DNA of 64,000 nucleotides. Origin: Deltaproteobacteria bacterium. Lineage in GTDB: Bacteria > Desulfobacterota > GWC2-55-46. The DNA lies in NCBI GenBank assembly GCA_038043525.1, contig JBBTBW010000016.1, forward strand, positions 14,713-78,712, in the 5' to 3' direction. The notes beneath the pieces are model-generated. The model ran no database searches, was not told where the DNA came from, and saw nothing but the letters and a program-made list of their open reading frames with translations. This document shows, one piece after another, positions 47,272 to 57,792 of this stretch; the first letter of the stretch is position 1, and every line of letters begins with the position of its first letter. The position numbers were made by a program, and so were the translations under genes.

Positions 47272-49785
47272 ATGGCAACGGTAAAGATAAACGGCATAGA
47301 GCTCCAGGTCGAGGACAATACCCTGATACTGGACGCGGCAAGGAAGGCAGGCTTCGAGATCCCGACGTTCTGCTATCAGGCTGACCTAATGGGCATAGGC
47401 TCGTGCAGGATGTGTCTGGTGGAGATCGAAGGGCAGAAGAAGCTCCAGCCCTCCTGCGTCACACCGGTCCTTCACGGCATGAGCATTAACACTGAGACGC
47501 CTACGGTCATGTCGGCAAGGGCCTCGATGCTCGAGTTCCTCCTCGCTAACCACGCTATGGATTGCCCGGTCTGCGACAAGGGCGGAGAGTGCGAGCTTCA
47601 GGACATGGTCCACAAGTACGGCCCGCGCAAGGGGCGCCACGCTGACGCCAAGTTCAAATTCCATGAGAAGGACTACGCTTTAAGCCCCGTCATCATAAAG
47701 AACTCCAACAGATGCGTCAACTGCATGAAGTGCGTGAGGGTCTGCCGCGAAGTCGTCGGCAGGAACGTCCTTACGGCGCTTAACAGGGGAGACCATCAGG
47801 AGGCCACAAGCTTCATGAGGACCTTCCTCGACTGCGATCACGACGGCAACTGCATCGAGGTCTGCCCGGTCGGATGCTTTATGAGGCTTCCTTACAGATA
47901 CAAGACGCGCCCCTGGGACCTTAAGGGCGTTGATACGATATGCACTTACTGCGCGACAGGGTGCAGGATGGTCATTGAACATCGCGACGGCACAGTCGTA
48001 AGGGCCAGGGCGCAGATGGGAGTCGGGATAAACAGCGAAACGTTGTGCGCGCGCGGCCGTTTCGGCTACGACATAATGAACGACGACGGGCGGGTAAAGA
48101 CGCCCATGATAAAAAAGTCGAGGACCGGCGGGCTTGAACCTGCATCTTGGGAAGAGGCGATAGCCTTTATAAAGGATAACCTCGCTACCGTTGACGGCGA
48201 GAAGCTGGGCGGCATCATCTCTCCAAGGTCGACCAACGAAGAGGCGTACCTCTTCCAGAAGCTCATCAGGACTATATTCAAGAGCCCTAACATAGATTCG
48301 AGCGTAAGGTTTAAGGCTGACGCGGTCGAGGGTTTCGTAAAGGCTACAGGGATGGACGAAGGTGGGGCCTCCATATTCGATTGCATGGAAGCAGATACGG
48401 TCCTCATCATAGGCGCCCATCTTTCAGATGAGAACCCTGTCACTGATTATATCGTAAGGCGCATCTCCGGCAGCCGCAGGATGAACCTTATCATAACTTC
48501 ACCCAGGGCTATGAAGCTCGACAGCTCCGCTAGCGTCGTTTTAAGGCATCTGCCTGCTACGGAAGGCGCGCTTCTGGACGCGATCATATTAAACCTCAAC
48601 GCGGATAAGATAGTCGGCTCTGAGGCGCTGACTGCGCTCAAGGATACGAAGCTCGAGGCGGTCCTTGCCGAGGCCGGCGTGGATGCAGAGACAGTAAAAC
48701 TCATATCAAATAAGATCGCCGGTTCGGCCTCGGTCGGCATAATAGCAGGGACAGATTTCCTCAGAAGCCCGGAGGGGCTGCCTCCACTCGGCCTTTTAAG
48801 AGAACTTCTCAAGGCCACAGGAAAGAAGCTGACGGTAGTACCTGTCCTTGACAGGTGCAACCAGAGGGGCGTTTGGGAGATGGGCGGGCACCCGAACTTC
48901 GGGCCAGGCTATTCGGCTGTCAAGGCAAAGGGCATGGGCACAGAGGCGATGCTCGATGCGGCGCACAGCGGCGGATTAGAAGCCCTGTATATCGCAGGCG
49001 CTGATCTGGTGACGCTCGCCGAGGATGAGGATTTTGTAAAAAGGGCCCTTTCAAAGGTCGGTTTCCTGGTCGTGCAGGATACCTTCATGACCGAGACCGC
49101 AAGGCTTGCCAATGTCGTTCTTCCCGGCGTATCTACAGGCGAGAAAGACGGGATGTTCACGAATCAGGAGGGCAGGGCGCAGGTCATAAAGAAGCTGTTG
49201 CCTCCGCCGGGCAAGGCAAAGAAGGATATAGACATAATAAGGGCGGTAGGCGAGGCGTTTGAGAGGTCTTTCGGCCCCAAGAACCCGGCGCTCGTACTTG
49301 ATGAGATAAGAAAAGAGATCGGGATGTACTCGGAAGTAAGCCTTACCTTCAAGAATAAGAGGAATCCGGATAATGAGCTTGACAACAAGGCGGCCCTCGT
49401 AAAAGGCACACATAGCGATCTGAAGATAGGTTCTTGGCCCAGGCGTCACGTTGCGGCCGACCCGGCCTTTCCGTTCATACTTACCACAGGCAACCAGCTC
49501 TTTCATTCCGGCAGGTTATCTAGAAGGTCGGAGATACTGACAAGCCTTTCAAAAGGCGCTGAGGTCGAGATAAGCGAGTCTGACGCAACGGCGCTCGGTT
49601 TGAAGGCCGGGGACAAGGTAAGGGTAAAGGGCGCCAGGTACGAGGCGGTAGTATCACTGAAGACGAAGAAGGGCTCAAAGCCAGGGGTCGCCTTCATAGC
49701 AGAGAACTACAACGAGGCGCCGGTCAACAGGTTCTTTAAGAAGGGCGAGGGGTTGCCGAGGGTAAGCATAACCAAGGCGCTGTAG
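47272..49785 (+). CDS. nuoG: NADH-quinone oxidoreductase subunit G
   Basis: N-terminal 2Fe-2S ferredoxin cysteines, His-ligated 4Fe-4S (HAMDCPVCDKGGEC), molybdopterin-oxidoreductase-like body; 837 aa. Confidence 0.9.
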   Translation: MATVKINGIELQVEDNTLILDAARKAGFEIPTFCYQADLMGIGSCRMCLVEIEGQKKLQPSCVTPVLHGMSINTETPTVMSARASMLEFLLANHAMDCPVCDKGGECELQDMVHKYGPRKGRHADAKFKFHEKDYALSPVIIKNSNRCVNCMKCVRVCREVVGRNVLTALNRGDHQEATSFMRTFLDCDHDGNCIEVCPVGCFMRLPYRYKTRPWDLKGVDTICTYCATGCRMVIEHRDGTVVRARAQMGVGINSETLCARGRFGYDIMNDDGRVKTPMIKKSRTGGLEPASWEEAIAFIKDNLATVDGEKLGGIISPRSTNEEAYLFQKLIRTIFKSPNIDSSVRFKADAVEGFVKATGMDEGGASIFDCMEADTVLIIGAHLSDENPVTDYIVRRISGSRRMNLIITSPRAMKLDSSASVVLRHLPATEGALLDAIILNLNADKIVGSEALTALKDTKLEAVLAEAGVDAETVKLISNKIAGSASVGIIAGTDFLRSPEGLPPLGLLRELLKATGKKLTVVPVLDRCNQRGVWEMGGHPNFGPGYSAVKAKGMGTEAMLDAAHSGGLEALYIAGADLVTLAEDEDFVKRALSKVGFLVVQDTFMTETARLANVVLPGVSTGEKDGMFTNQEGRAQVIKKLLPPPGKAKKDIDIIRAVGEAFERSFGPKNPALVLDEIRKEIGMYSEVSLTFKNKRNPDNELDNKAALVKGTHSDLKIGSWPRRHVAADPAFPFILTTGNQLFHSGRLSRRSEILTSLSKGAEVEISESDATALGLKAGDKVRVKGARYEAVVSLKTKKGSKPGVAFIAENYNEAPVNRFFKKGEGLPRVSITKAL

Positions 49786-49867
49786 AAGACCCTTTTGCCG
49801 CGAGACGCCAACATTGCAGAAAACGCCAGCCCAGCCGCTCAAAGGGGCCGGAACGGAGGAAATGCTG

Positions 49868-50338
49868 ATGATAGATCCGAGGATGCTCAGAGAGTTGTCT
49901 TTTTTCTCCGACCTGACCGATACCGAGCTCGCGACGGTTGCCTCGATCACGAAGCAACAGGACTTCAAGGTAGGCGATACCATCTTCAAGGAGTCGCAGG
50001 ACGGCGCAGCGATATATGTGATAAAAAGGGGAGAGGTCAAGGCCTGCAAGACCGCCCCGGACGGAGAGCTCTTCACGCTGACCATAATGAAGGACGGCGA
50101 GATATTCGGAGAGATGAGCTTCCTTGACGGCAGGCCGCGCTCGGCGACTGTGGTCGCTATCTCGGACCTTGAGACTTATGTGATAGACAAGAGCGACTTC
50201 GAGACGATCGTGGACGCGAACCCGAGGATAATCTACAAGCTCCTTAAGAACATAGTATTCACGATACATTCCATCGTGCGCGGCATGAACTCCAGGTACA
50301 TAGAGATGATCAACTACATGTGGGGCAGAAGGAGATAA
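49868..50338 (+). CDS. stand-alone cyclic-nucleotide-binding (cNMP/CAP-effector) domain protein inserted in nuo operon
   Basis: FKVGDTIFKESQDGAAIYVIKRGEV...GEIFGEMSFLDGRPRSATVVA is a canonical CAP-type beta-roll with no C-terminal HTH. GGAGG 8 nt upstream of the ATG at 49868. Sits between nuoG and nuoH. Confidence 0.75.
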   Translation: MIDPRMLRELSFFSDLTDTELATVASITKQQDFKVGDTIFKESQDGAAIYVIKRGEVKACKTAPDGELFTLTIMKDGEIFGEMSFLDGRPRSATVVAISDLETYVIDKSDFETIVDANPRIIYKLLKNIVFTIHSIVRGMNSRYIEMINYMWGRRR

Positions 50339-50389
50339 TATCTCCCATGTCAATCGCTTCTAACAAACAAGGCGCGCGCACATAATATA

Positions 50390-51421
50390 ATGCCAGATAT
50401 AACCCTCATATTAGAAGTCCTTCTGATCATAGTCAAGGTCATGGTAGTCACCATGATCCTGTTCGGACTTCCTTTGCCTCTGACATGGATGGAAAGGAAG
50501 ATCGCAGGCCACATACAGGTGAGGCTCGGTCCCTGGAGGGTAGGCCCGCACGGGCTTCTGCAGCCCTTCGCGGACATGATAAAGCTTCTCTTCAAGGAAG
50601 ACATCATCCCGTACAAGGCTGACAAGTTCCTCTTCACCATTGCGCCTCTCCTTGCGATGGTCCCGGCCTTCGCGGTCTTCGTGGCCGTGCCGTTCGGCGA
50701 CAAGGTGATGATCCCGTTCATCAACAAGGAGGTGACGCTCTATATCTCCGATATGAACGTCGGCATACTCTATGTGCTGGCGGTATCAGGCCTGTCCATC
50801 TACGGCGTGATACTCGGCGGCTGGGCGTCGAACAGCAAGTATTCTCTCCTCGGAGGGCTTCGTTCCGCGGCGCAGATGATCAGCTACGAGGTGGCGATAA
50901 GCTTCGCAGTCATAGGCGTGGTGATGCTTTCAAACTCCCTGAGCCTTGTCGAGATAGTAAAGAGCCAGGGCAACAGCATCTTCACTTGGAACATATTCTA
51001 CCTGCCGGTCGGGCTCGTCTGGTTCGTGATCTTCCTTATCGGATCGCTCGCCGAGGTAAACAGGATACCTTTCGACCTGAACGAGGACGAAGGCACGCTC
51101 GCCTGCGGCTTCCATACCGAGTACAGCGGGATGCGCTTTTCGTTCTTCGCGCTCGCAGAGTACGTTGCCATGGTCACTGTTGCGATACTCGCGGTGATAC
51201 TCTTTTTCGGCGGCTGGAACGCGCCCTTCGACATACCTCTTCCGATACCGCCTATCTTCTGGCTGCTCGGCAAGGTAATCATCTTTATATACTTCTTCAT
51301 GTGGCTCCGGTTCACGCTTCCGAGATACAGGTATGACCAGCTGATGACTATCGGCTGGAAGGTGCTGATACCGCTTTCACTGGTGAACCTGCTCGTTACA
51401 GGCTTCATGAGGATAGGATAA
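50390..51421 (+). CDS. nuoH: NADH-quinone oxidoreductase subunit H
   Basis: ND1-like membrane protein with 8 TM helices (GHIQVRLGPWRVGPHGLLQPFAD). Confidence 0.95.
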   Translation: MPDITLILEVLLIIVKVMVVTMILFGLPLPLTWMERKIAGHIQVRLGPWRVGPHGLLQPFADMIKLLFKEDIIPYKADKFLFTIAPLLAMVPAFAVFVAVPFGDKVMIPFINKEVTLYISDMNVGILYVLAVSGLSIYGVILGGWASNSKYSLLGGLRSAAQMISYEVAISFAVIGVVMLSNSLSLVEIVKSQGNSIFTWNIFYLPVGLVWFVIFLIGSLAEVNRIPFDLNEDEGTLACGFHTEYSGMRFSFFALAEYVAMVTVAILAVILFFGGWNAPFDIPLPIPPIFWLLGKVIIFIYFFMWLRFTLPRYRYDQLMTIGWKVLIPLSLVNLLVTGFMRIG

Positions 51422-51450
51422 CAGTCTTACTAAAAAAGGCTTTAACAGAC

Positions 51451-52029
51451 ATGAGCGATAAGAACAGCGGTTTCAATCTGATAGAACTGATCAAGAGGGT
51501 GGTCTTCGCGGACTTCGTGAAGGGCCTGTCCATCACGCTCGGCTACAATTTGTCGCGGGCGATATCGGTAAAGTACCCTGACCAGGAAAAGTGGGTGCCT
51601 TATCGCAGGTGGAGGGGGCTTCACACCCTGAACAGGGACGCGAACGGCCGCGAGCTGTGCGTCGCGTGCGAGCTTTGCGCGAAGGCGTGCCCTACCGGAT
51701 GCATCACCGTTATCCCGATGGAGGACGATTCTGGCAGGGGCATCGCCGACAGGGTCGCCGAGACCTGGAGGATAGACCTCGTCAGGTGCTTATATTGCGG
51801 ATACTGCGAGGACGCATGCCCGACAAGGGCCTTGAGGCTCGGCAGGGAGTATGAACTCGCATGCACTGATATCCGGTGCACGATAAGGAACAGGGAAGAG
51901 CTTCTTGTCCCGCAGCCGATACCCGAGGCCATCGAAGGCGGCTTCATCGTCAGGGCGAAGTTCGAAAGGACAAGCGCCGGCATCAAGGTAGTAGCGGATC
52001 TGAGGGACTCTAAGAAAAGGCTCATATAA
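51451..52029 (+). CDS. nuoI: NADH-quinone oxidoreductase subunit I
   Basis: Two 4Fe-4S ferredoxin motifs (CVACELCAKACP, CLYCGYCEDACP). Confidence 0.95.
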   Translation: MSDKNSGFNLIELIKRVVFADFVKGLSITLGYNLSRAISVKYPDQEKWVPYRRWRGLHTLNRDANGRELCVACELCAKACPTGCITVIPMEDDSGRGIADRVAETWRIDLVRCLYCGYCEDACPTRALRLGREYELACTDIRCTIRNREELLVPQPIPEAIEGGFIVRAKFERTSAGIKVVADLRDSKKRLI

Positions 52030-52062
52030 CGCATTGTCCGGCCGTCCGGACGGAGTTAATCG

Positions 52063-52593
52063 ATGGAACAGATATTCTTTTATATATTCGCCGCGGTAGC
52101 CATCATCTCAGCCCTGTGCGTAGTCACGCTCAGGAACCCGGTCCACTCAGCCTTCTCGCTGATCATCTGCCTTGTGCAGGTGGCGGCTATATTCATACTG
52201 CTGAGGTCGCCGTTCCTAGCCGTGGTCCAGGTCTTCATATACGTCGGCGCGGTCATGGTCCTCTTTCTCTTCGCAGTCATGGTCCTTGACATGGGCAAAG
52301 AGACGATCCGTGAACACATGCACAGCCAGACGATACCGGCCGTCGGCATTGTGGTCCTGCTTCTCGCCCTCATAGGCTGGCTTATATCAAGGGGAGGCAT
52401 CACCGCTCCGCTCGGGCCTTTTGACGAGGCGGCACTTGCGAAGAACACAGAGGTCATAGGCAAGACTCTCTTTACCGAGTACATATTCCCGTTCGAGGTA
52501 GTCTCGCTCCTTCTTCTCATTGCACTTATCGGCGCGGTCGTACTCGTGATGAAGGAAAGGCCCAAGTCAAGGCTGCAGGGGCCACAGGCGTGA
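52063..52593 (+). CDS. nuoJ: NADH-quinone oxidoreductase subunit J
   Basis: ND6-like membrane subunit. Confidence 0.9.
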   Translation: MEQIFFYIFAAVAIISALCVVTLRNPVHSAFSLIICLVQVAAIFILLRSPFLAVVQVFIYVGAVMVLFLFAVMVLDMGKETIREHMHSQTIPAVGIVVLLLALIGWLISRGGITAPLGPFDEAALAKNTEVIGKTLFTEYIFPFEVVSLLLLIALIGAVVLVMKERPKSRLQGPQA

Positions 52594-52629
52594 GCCGTTA
52601 AACATTAAAAAGTCTCCGCAGACGGAAAA

Positions 52630-52929
52630 ATGACCATAACCCATTATCTTATACTCAGTCTTCTGCTCTTCTCCATAGGTGTAGCCGGAGTCCTGCTTCG
52701 CAGGAACACCATCATAGTGCTGATGTCGCTTGAGCTGATCTTCAACTCGGTGAACATAAGCCTTGCGGCGTTTTCCTACTTTCTCCAATCTTTGAACGGC
52801 ACTGTTTTCGTGATCTTCAACATCACTGTCGCGGCCGCTGAGGTCGCCATAGGTCTGGCGATAGTCGTCAGCGTGTACAGGAGCAGGAAGACGGTCAATG
52901 TCGAAGAACTCGATGAGATGAGGTATTGA
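52630..52929 (+). CDS. nuoK: NADH-quinone oxidoreductase subunit K
   Basis: ND4L-like, ~100 aa, three TM helices. Confidence 0.9.
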   Translation: MTITHYLILSLLLFSIGVAGVLLRRNTIIVLMSLELIFNSVNISLAAFSYFLQSLNGTVFVIFNITVAAAEVAIGLAIVVSVYRSRKTVNVEELDEMRY

Positions 52930-54785
52930 TGAACATCTGGGCGCTTCTAATATTGCCGCTCGCGTCGGCTGTCATAATAACGCTGCTGACCAGGAAGAAC
53001 AAGGACCTCAGTTCGTATATCTCCATCGGGGCCGTTGTCGCGTGTTTTGCGATCGTAGCGCCGTATATACTCAAGATGTTCGGCGACCCGCACATGCACC
53101 CGGAAGAGCAGGCCTTCATTTGGCTCGATATCCCCGGCCTGATGGTCGAGATCGGCACGCTAATAGACCCTCTCAGTATCGTGATGCTCACAGTAGTGAC
53201 CTTCGTCGGTTCTCTTATCCACATATATTCAAGGGGCTACATGCACGGCGAGGAGGGCTTCTCAAGGTTCTTCGCCTGCCTCTCGCTCTTCATCTTCGCG
53301 ATGATCGGCATCGTCATCTCCAACAACTTTATAATGACGTTTATCTTCTGGGAGCTTGTCGGCCTCGCTTCGTACCTTCTCATCGGGTATTACTACCAGA
53401 AGCCTTCGGCCGCTGACGCCGCCAAGAAGGCATTCATAGTCAACCGCGTCGGCGACTTCGGTTTTGTCCTCGGCATAATCGTAATATTCTACGCGACCGG
53501 CACCGTCAACTTCGCCGAGGTCGCAAGGCATATAGCGGCAGGCGAGGTCTCCAACGGGACTCTCGGACTGGCATCTCTGCTGATATTTTGCGGCGCGGTC
53601 GGAAAATCCGCGCAGTTCCCGCTCCATGTCTGGCTCCCTGACGCGATGGAAGGCCCGACTCCGGTCTCAGCCCTTATACATGCCGCTACGATGGTCGCAG
53701 CCGGCGTGTATATGCTTGCGCGCACAGGCTTCCTCTTCGCTGCGGCACCCGCAGGGGCGATGGAGGTCATAGCGTACACAGGCGGCATCACAGCCCTTAT
53801 GGCCGCGCTCCTCGCCTTCGGTCAGACAGATATAAAGAGAATAATCGCATACTCGACTCTTAGCTCGCTCGGCTACATGGTAATGGCAGTAGGCGTTGGC
53901 GGCACAAATGCAGGTATGTTCTACCTGATGACGCACGCGTTTTTCAAAGCACTCCTCTTCCTCGGCGCAGGCAGCGTCATTCACGCCTGCCACACGAACG
54001 ACATCTGGGAGATGGGCAAGCTCTACCCGAAGCTGAAGATCACGGCAGTGACCTTTATCCTAGGCTCGCTGGCCATGATGGGCATATTCCCGTTCAGCGG
54101 ATTCTGGTCAAAGGACGAGGTCCTCACCTCAGCCTTTACATCAGGCCATACTCTGCTCTTTATCATGGGCGTCTTTACGGCGTTCCTGACAGCCGTATTT
54201 ATGACCAAACTGCTCATCGTGACGTTCTTCGGCGAGAAGAGGTATCACGGGCATCCGCATGAATCTCCGTCCCTGATGACCATCCCGCTGATAATCTTAT
54301 CTATTTTCGCGGTCATCGCCGGCGTTGTCGGCATACCTGGCGTCGAGCCGAGCTTCGGGGACTTCATGCCGAGCTTCGGGGAAGGGCACGGCGAGCATCA
54401 CTTTAATTACTTCGTCGCCGTAACGTCTACGATAGCGGTCTTTATAGGTATCTTCGTCGGCTGGCTCATATACTCGAAGAAGGCCATAGACAACAAGCAG
54501 CTTGCCGCTAACTGGTCCGGCCTTTACGCCGCTCTCGTCAACAGGTTCTACATCGATCACTTCTATGACACCGTGCTCGTAAAAGGGATATACAACCAGA
54601 TAGCCAGGATCTCGAACTACATAGAGGTCTATATCATAATCAACTTCATCATAAACGGCTCGGCCTACTTAACCAGGCAGACCGGCAAGGCGCTGAGGCT
54701 GACGATATCCGGACAGCTCCAGCACTACGCGCTTGCCATGGTTGGCGGAGTGCTCGTGATAATGATGATGTACGTAATCTTATAA
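52929..54785 (+). CDS. nuoL: NADH-quinone oxidoreductase subunit L
   Basis: ND5-like antiporter subunit. ATG at 52929 overlaps the nuoK stop (ATGA); the ORF-track start at 52926 is a TTG. Confidence 0.95.
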   Translation: MNIWALLILPLASAVIITLLTRKNKDLSSYISIGAVVACFAIVAPYILKMFGDPHMHPEEQAFIWLDIPGLMVEIGTLIDPLSIVMLTVVTFVGSLIHIYSRGYMHGEEGFSRFFACLSLFIFAMIGIVISNNFIMTFIFWELVGLASYLLIGYYYQKPSAADAAKKAFIVNRVGDFGFVLGIIVIFYATGTVNFAEVARHIAAGEVSNGTLGLASLLIFCGAVGKSAQFPLHVWLPDAMEGPTPVSALIHAATMVAAGVYMLARTGFLFAAAPAGAMEVIAYTGGITALMAALLAFGQTDIKRIIAYSTLSSLGYMVMAVGVGGTNAGMFYLMTHAFFKALLFLGAGSVIHACHTNDIWEMGKLYPKLKITAVTFILGSLAMMGIFPFSGFWSKDEVLTSAFTSGHTLLFIMGVFTAFLTAVFMTKLLIVTFFGEKRYHGHPHESPSLMTIPLIILSIFAVIAGVVGIPGVEPSFGDFMPSFGEGHGEHHFNYFVAVTSTIAVFIGIFVGWLIYSKKAIDNKQLAANWSGLYAALVNRFYIDHFYDTVLVKGIYNQIARISNYIEVYIIINFIINGSAYLTRQTGKALRLTISGQLQHYALAMVGGVLVIMMMYVIL

Positions 54786-54797
54786 AAAGAGGTCAAC

Positions 54798-56291
54798 GTG
54801 GAAGGCTTTCCGATATTATCGGCGATAATACTCGCCCCGCTCATAGCGGTAGTGATACTGCTCTTCGTCCAGGAGAGGATGATCGCCCTTATAAGGACGA
54901 TAGCGGTGGTCTCTACAAGCATATCGCTGATACTCTCCTTCTACCTGTTATTCGCCTATGACAAGGCGCTGGGCGGTTATCAGTTCATCGAGAAGATCGA
55001 GTGGGTCAAATCTCTCGGCATCTCGTATCACCTGGGCGTCGACGGCATCAGCGTCGCGATGCTTGTCCTCACTTCCATTGTCATATTTACCGGCGTCTTC
55101 GTCTCGTGGGTCGGGATAAAGCACAGGATCAAGGAGCATTACATATTCCTCCTGCTGCTCGTTGCCGGCGTCTTCGGCGTCTTCGCCTCGCTGGACATGC
55201 TCTTTTTCTTCCTCTTCTATGAGCTTGCCGTCATCCCGATGTATCCGCTCATAGGCATCTGGGGCAGCGCCAACAGGGAATACGCCACGATGAAGCTCAC
55301 GCTTTACCTGAGCCTTGGCGCCCTCTTCGCACTGCTCGGCCTCTTGTCCATATACTTCACGAGCGGCGCTCAGACAGGCGTATACACCTTTGATATGCTG
55401 GCCATATCCCAGCTTTCATTCGACTCCGGTTATCAGATAAAGGTCTTCTTGCCGCTGCTTATCGGGTTCGGAGTCCTTGTTCCGCTGGCGCCTTTCCACT
55501 CATGGTCTCCGATAGGCCACGCCGCCGCCCCTTCGGCTGTCAGCATGCTTCATGCCGGAGTGCTCATGAAACTCGGCGCGTACGGCATAATCAGGGCGAT
55601 GTGGCTCGTGCCCGAGGGCGCTCAGTTCTGGATGCCGTGGGTGGCAGGTTTCGCCCTGATCAACATATTCTACGGCGGCATGGTCGCGATGGGCAGGAAG
55701 GACATGAAGTTCATGATCGGCTATTCGTCGTCCAGCCACATGGGATACGTCCTTTTGGGCTTAGCGACCGTCAATTATATAGGCGTCAACGGAGCGGTAC
55801 TTCTGATGTTCGCTCACGGCATAATGACAGCCCTGGCCTTCTCTCTCATAGGGTTCGTCTACGATCAGGCGCATACTCGAATGATGTATGATTTTTCAGG
55901 TCTCGCAAAGAAGCTGCCTTTCGTGGCCGTTGCCTTCGCTATCATGGCATTCGCTTCAAGCGGACTGCCGGGTCTCGCTAACTTCGTCGCCGAGCTGATG
56001 GTCTTCATCGGGGCGTTCAAGGAGTACCCGATCCACGCGATAGTCGCGGTGTTCGGTATAATCGTGACTGCTACATACATGCTCAGGTCCATACGCGACG
56101 TCTTTTTCAGGGAACCGCAGGACAAGTGGGACCATCTCAAGGACGCTACGACCTTTGTCGAGAGGCTTCCGTTCGTGATACTCATTATCGTCCTCATGGT
56201 GGTCGGCTTCTATCCGTCTATCCTCGTGGATCTAATCAACACCGGCGTGGTGCCGCTCGTCGACAAGGTCAACGCGTCCACGCTCGGTTAA
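54798..56291 (+). CDS. nuoM: NADH-quinone oxidoreductase subunit M
   Basis: ND4-like antiporter subunit; GTG start with AAAGAGG SD. Confidence 0.9.
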   Translation: MEGFPILSAIILAPLIAVVILLFVQERMIALIRTIAVVSTSISLILSFYLLFAYDKALGGYQFIEKIEWVKSLGISYHLGVDGISVAMLVLTSIVIFTGVFVSWVGIKHRIKEHYIFLLLLVAGVFGVFASLDMLFFFLFYELAVIPMYPLIGIWGSANREYATMKLTLYLSLGALFALLGLLSIYFTSGAQTGVYTFDMLAISQLSFDSGYQIKVFLPLLIGFGVLVPLAPFHSWSPIGHAAAPSAVSMLHAGVLMKLGAYGIIRAMWLVPEGAQFWMPWVAGFALINIFYGGMVAMGRKDMKFMIGYSSSSHMGYVLLGLATVNYIGVNGAVLLMFAHGIMTALAFSLIGFVYDQAHTRMMYDFSGLAKKLPFVAVAFAIMAFASSGLPGLANFVAELMVFIGAFKEYPIHAIVAVFGIIVTATYMLRSIRDVFFREPQDKWDHLKDATTFVERLPFVILIIVLMVVGFYPSILVDLINTGVVPLVDKVNASTLG

Positions 56292-56341
56292 ACGCGCCGT
56301 CCGGCGCGTTATTACAGTCTTCGCTTATGAGAGGCTTTTAA

Positions 56342-57775
56342 ATGGAAATGAACCTTCTGCTGGCTGTCCCCGAATTTATAGTCCTTGGCACCGCTTTCAT
56401 AATACTCGTCATGGAGTTTTTCATGACCGGCGGGTCGCGCAAGGTCTCTGCCGTGATCGGGATCATAGGCTCCGTGGCCGCCGCAGTAAGTCTTATAAAC
56501 ATGCCTGTAGGCAGGGCGCTGGGCGGGCTGTATATACAGGACCAGCTGGCCATATTCTTTAAATGGCTATTCCTCTTTGTGACCATCATTGTCTTGTATA
56601 TAACGATGGTCTATGAGCATAAGATCGAGAGATGGAAGGGCGAGTTTTATTCCCTTGTAATGTTCGGCCTCTCCGGCATGATGTTCATGGCTTCGAGCGC
56701 GGATTTTATAAGCTTTTACGTCTCGCTGGAGCTTGTCGCCGTATGTCTCTACGTTCTCGCGGCCTTCAACACCGGGAACCGCCTCTCCGTCGAGGCCGGT
56801 CTTAAGTACCTGGTGACAGGCGCTCTCGCATCGGGGTTTCTTGTATACGGCATAAGCTTCATCTACGGGGCCACAGGCTCGACCGGGTTTACGGATATAG
56901 CGGTCGCGCTGATGGGCGGCGATACCTCGATATACCTGATGATAGGCCTCGCTATAACGGTGCTCGGTCTGACATTCAAGGTCTCATCGGTCCCGTTTCA
57001 CGTCTGGTCGCCTGACGTATATCAGGGTTCTCCTACGCCGGTCGCGGCCTTCCTTGCCTCTGCTTCAAAGGCCGCAGGCTTTGTGGTGATCATAAGGATA
57101 ATGCTCTCAGCGCTCGCAGGTGTGAAGGGCGAGTGGGTGATGCTGGTATCTTTAATATCCGGCGCCTCTCTTATATTCGGAAACCTCGCGGCGATGCCGC
57201 AAAAGGACATCAAAAGACTTATCGGTTATGCCGGCATAGGATCAGCAGGCTACCTCCTGATGGCTGTTGCCGCCGCCTCGGAGCTTGGGACAGGCGCGAT
57301 CATGTTCTACATGGTCGCCTACTCCATAGGCATACTCGGAAGTTTTCTGGCTATAGTCATATTCAATAACTCCGAGGGGTCGGATCTCATCGAGTCTTAC
57401 GCTGGGTTGAGCAGGAGGTCTCCGCTCCTGGCGATATCTCTCTTTATAGGGCTCCTTTCCTTAGCGGGCTTTCCTCCGCTCGGCGGATTTATCGCAAAGT
57501 TCTATATCTTCGCCGCGGCTGTTAAAGAGGGGCTCTGGGCGCTGGCCGTTATAGGCGTGATCATGGCGATAGTCTCGATGTATTACTTCCTGCTCGTAGT
57601 AAAGAGCATGTACCTGAGACCCCCTAAGAACACGGACCCGATCAAGGTCGACTGTGTCTCGACGGTCGTTTTGTACATCGCTAATATTGCGACACTGGCG
57701 CTCGGCATATACCCCGGCCCGCTCACAGACTGGGTCATGAATATAGCCAAGCTCTTTTTTAAATCGACAATCTAA
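56342..57775 (+). CDS. nuoN: NADH-quinone oxidoreductase subunit N
   Basis: ND2-like antiporter subunit. Confidence 0.9.
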   Translation: MEMNLLLAVPEFIVLGTAFIILVMEFFMTGGSRKVSAVIGIIGSVAAAVSLINMPVGRALGGLYIQDQLAIFFKWLFLFVTIIVLYITMVYEHKIERWKGEFYSLVMFGLSGMMFMASSADFISFYVSLELVAVCLYVLAAFNTGNRLSVEAGLKYLVTGALASGFLVYGISFIYGATGSTGFTDIAVALMGGDTSIYLMIGLAITVLGLTFKVSSVPFHVWSPDVYQGSPTPVAAFLASASKAAGFVVIIRIMLSALAGVKGEWVMLVSLISGASLIFGNLAAMPQKDIKRLIGYAGIGSAGYLLMAVAAASELGTGAIMFYMVAYSIGILGSFLAIVIFNNSEGSDLIESYAGLSRRSPLLAISLFIGLLSLAGFPPLGGFIAKFYIFAAAVKEGLWALAVIGVIMAIVSMYYFLLVVKSMYLRPPKNTDPIKVDCVSTVVLYIANIATLALGIYPGPLTDWVMNIAKLFFKSTI

Positions 57776-57792
57776 TCCATATCGGGTGAATT

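Noticed and set aside
52038-52056. Small hairpin GTCCGG-ccgt-CCGGAC between nuoI and nuoJ as an internal attenuator
   Set aside because: Only a 6-bp stem, no U-tract, inside a tightly coupled operon. More likely incidental or minor mRNA structure.
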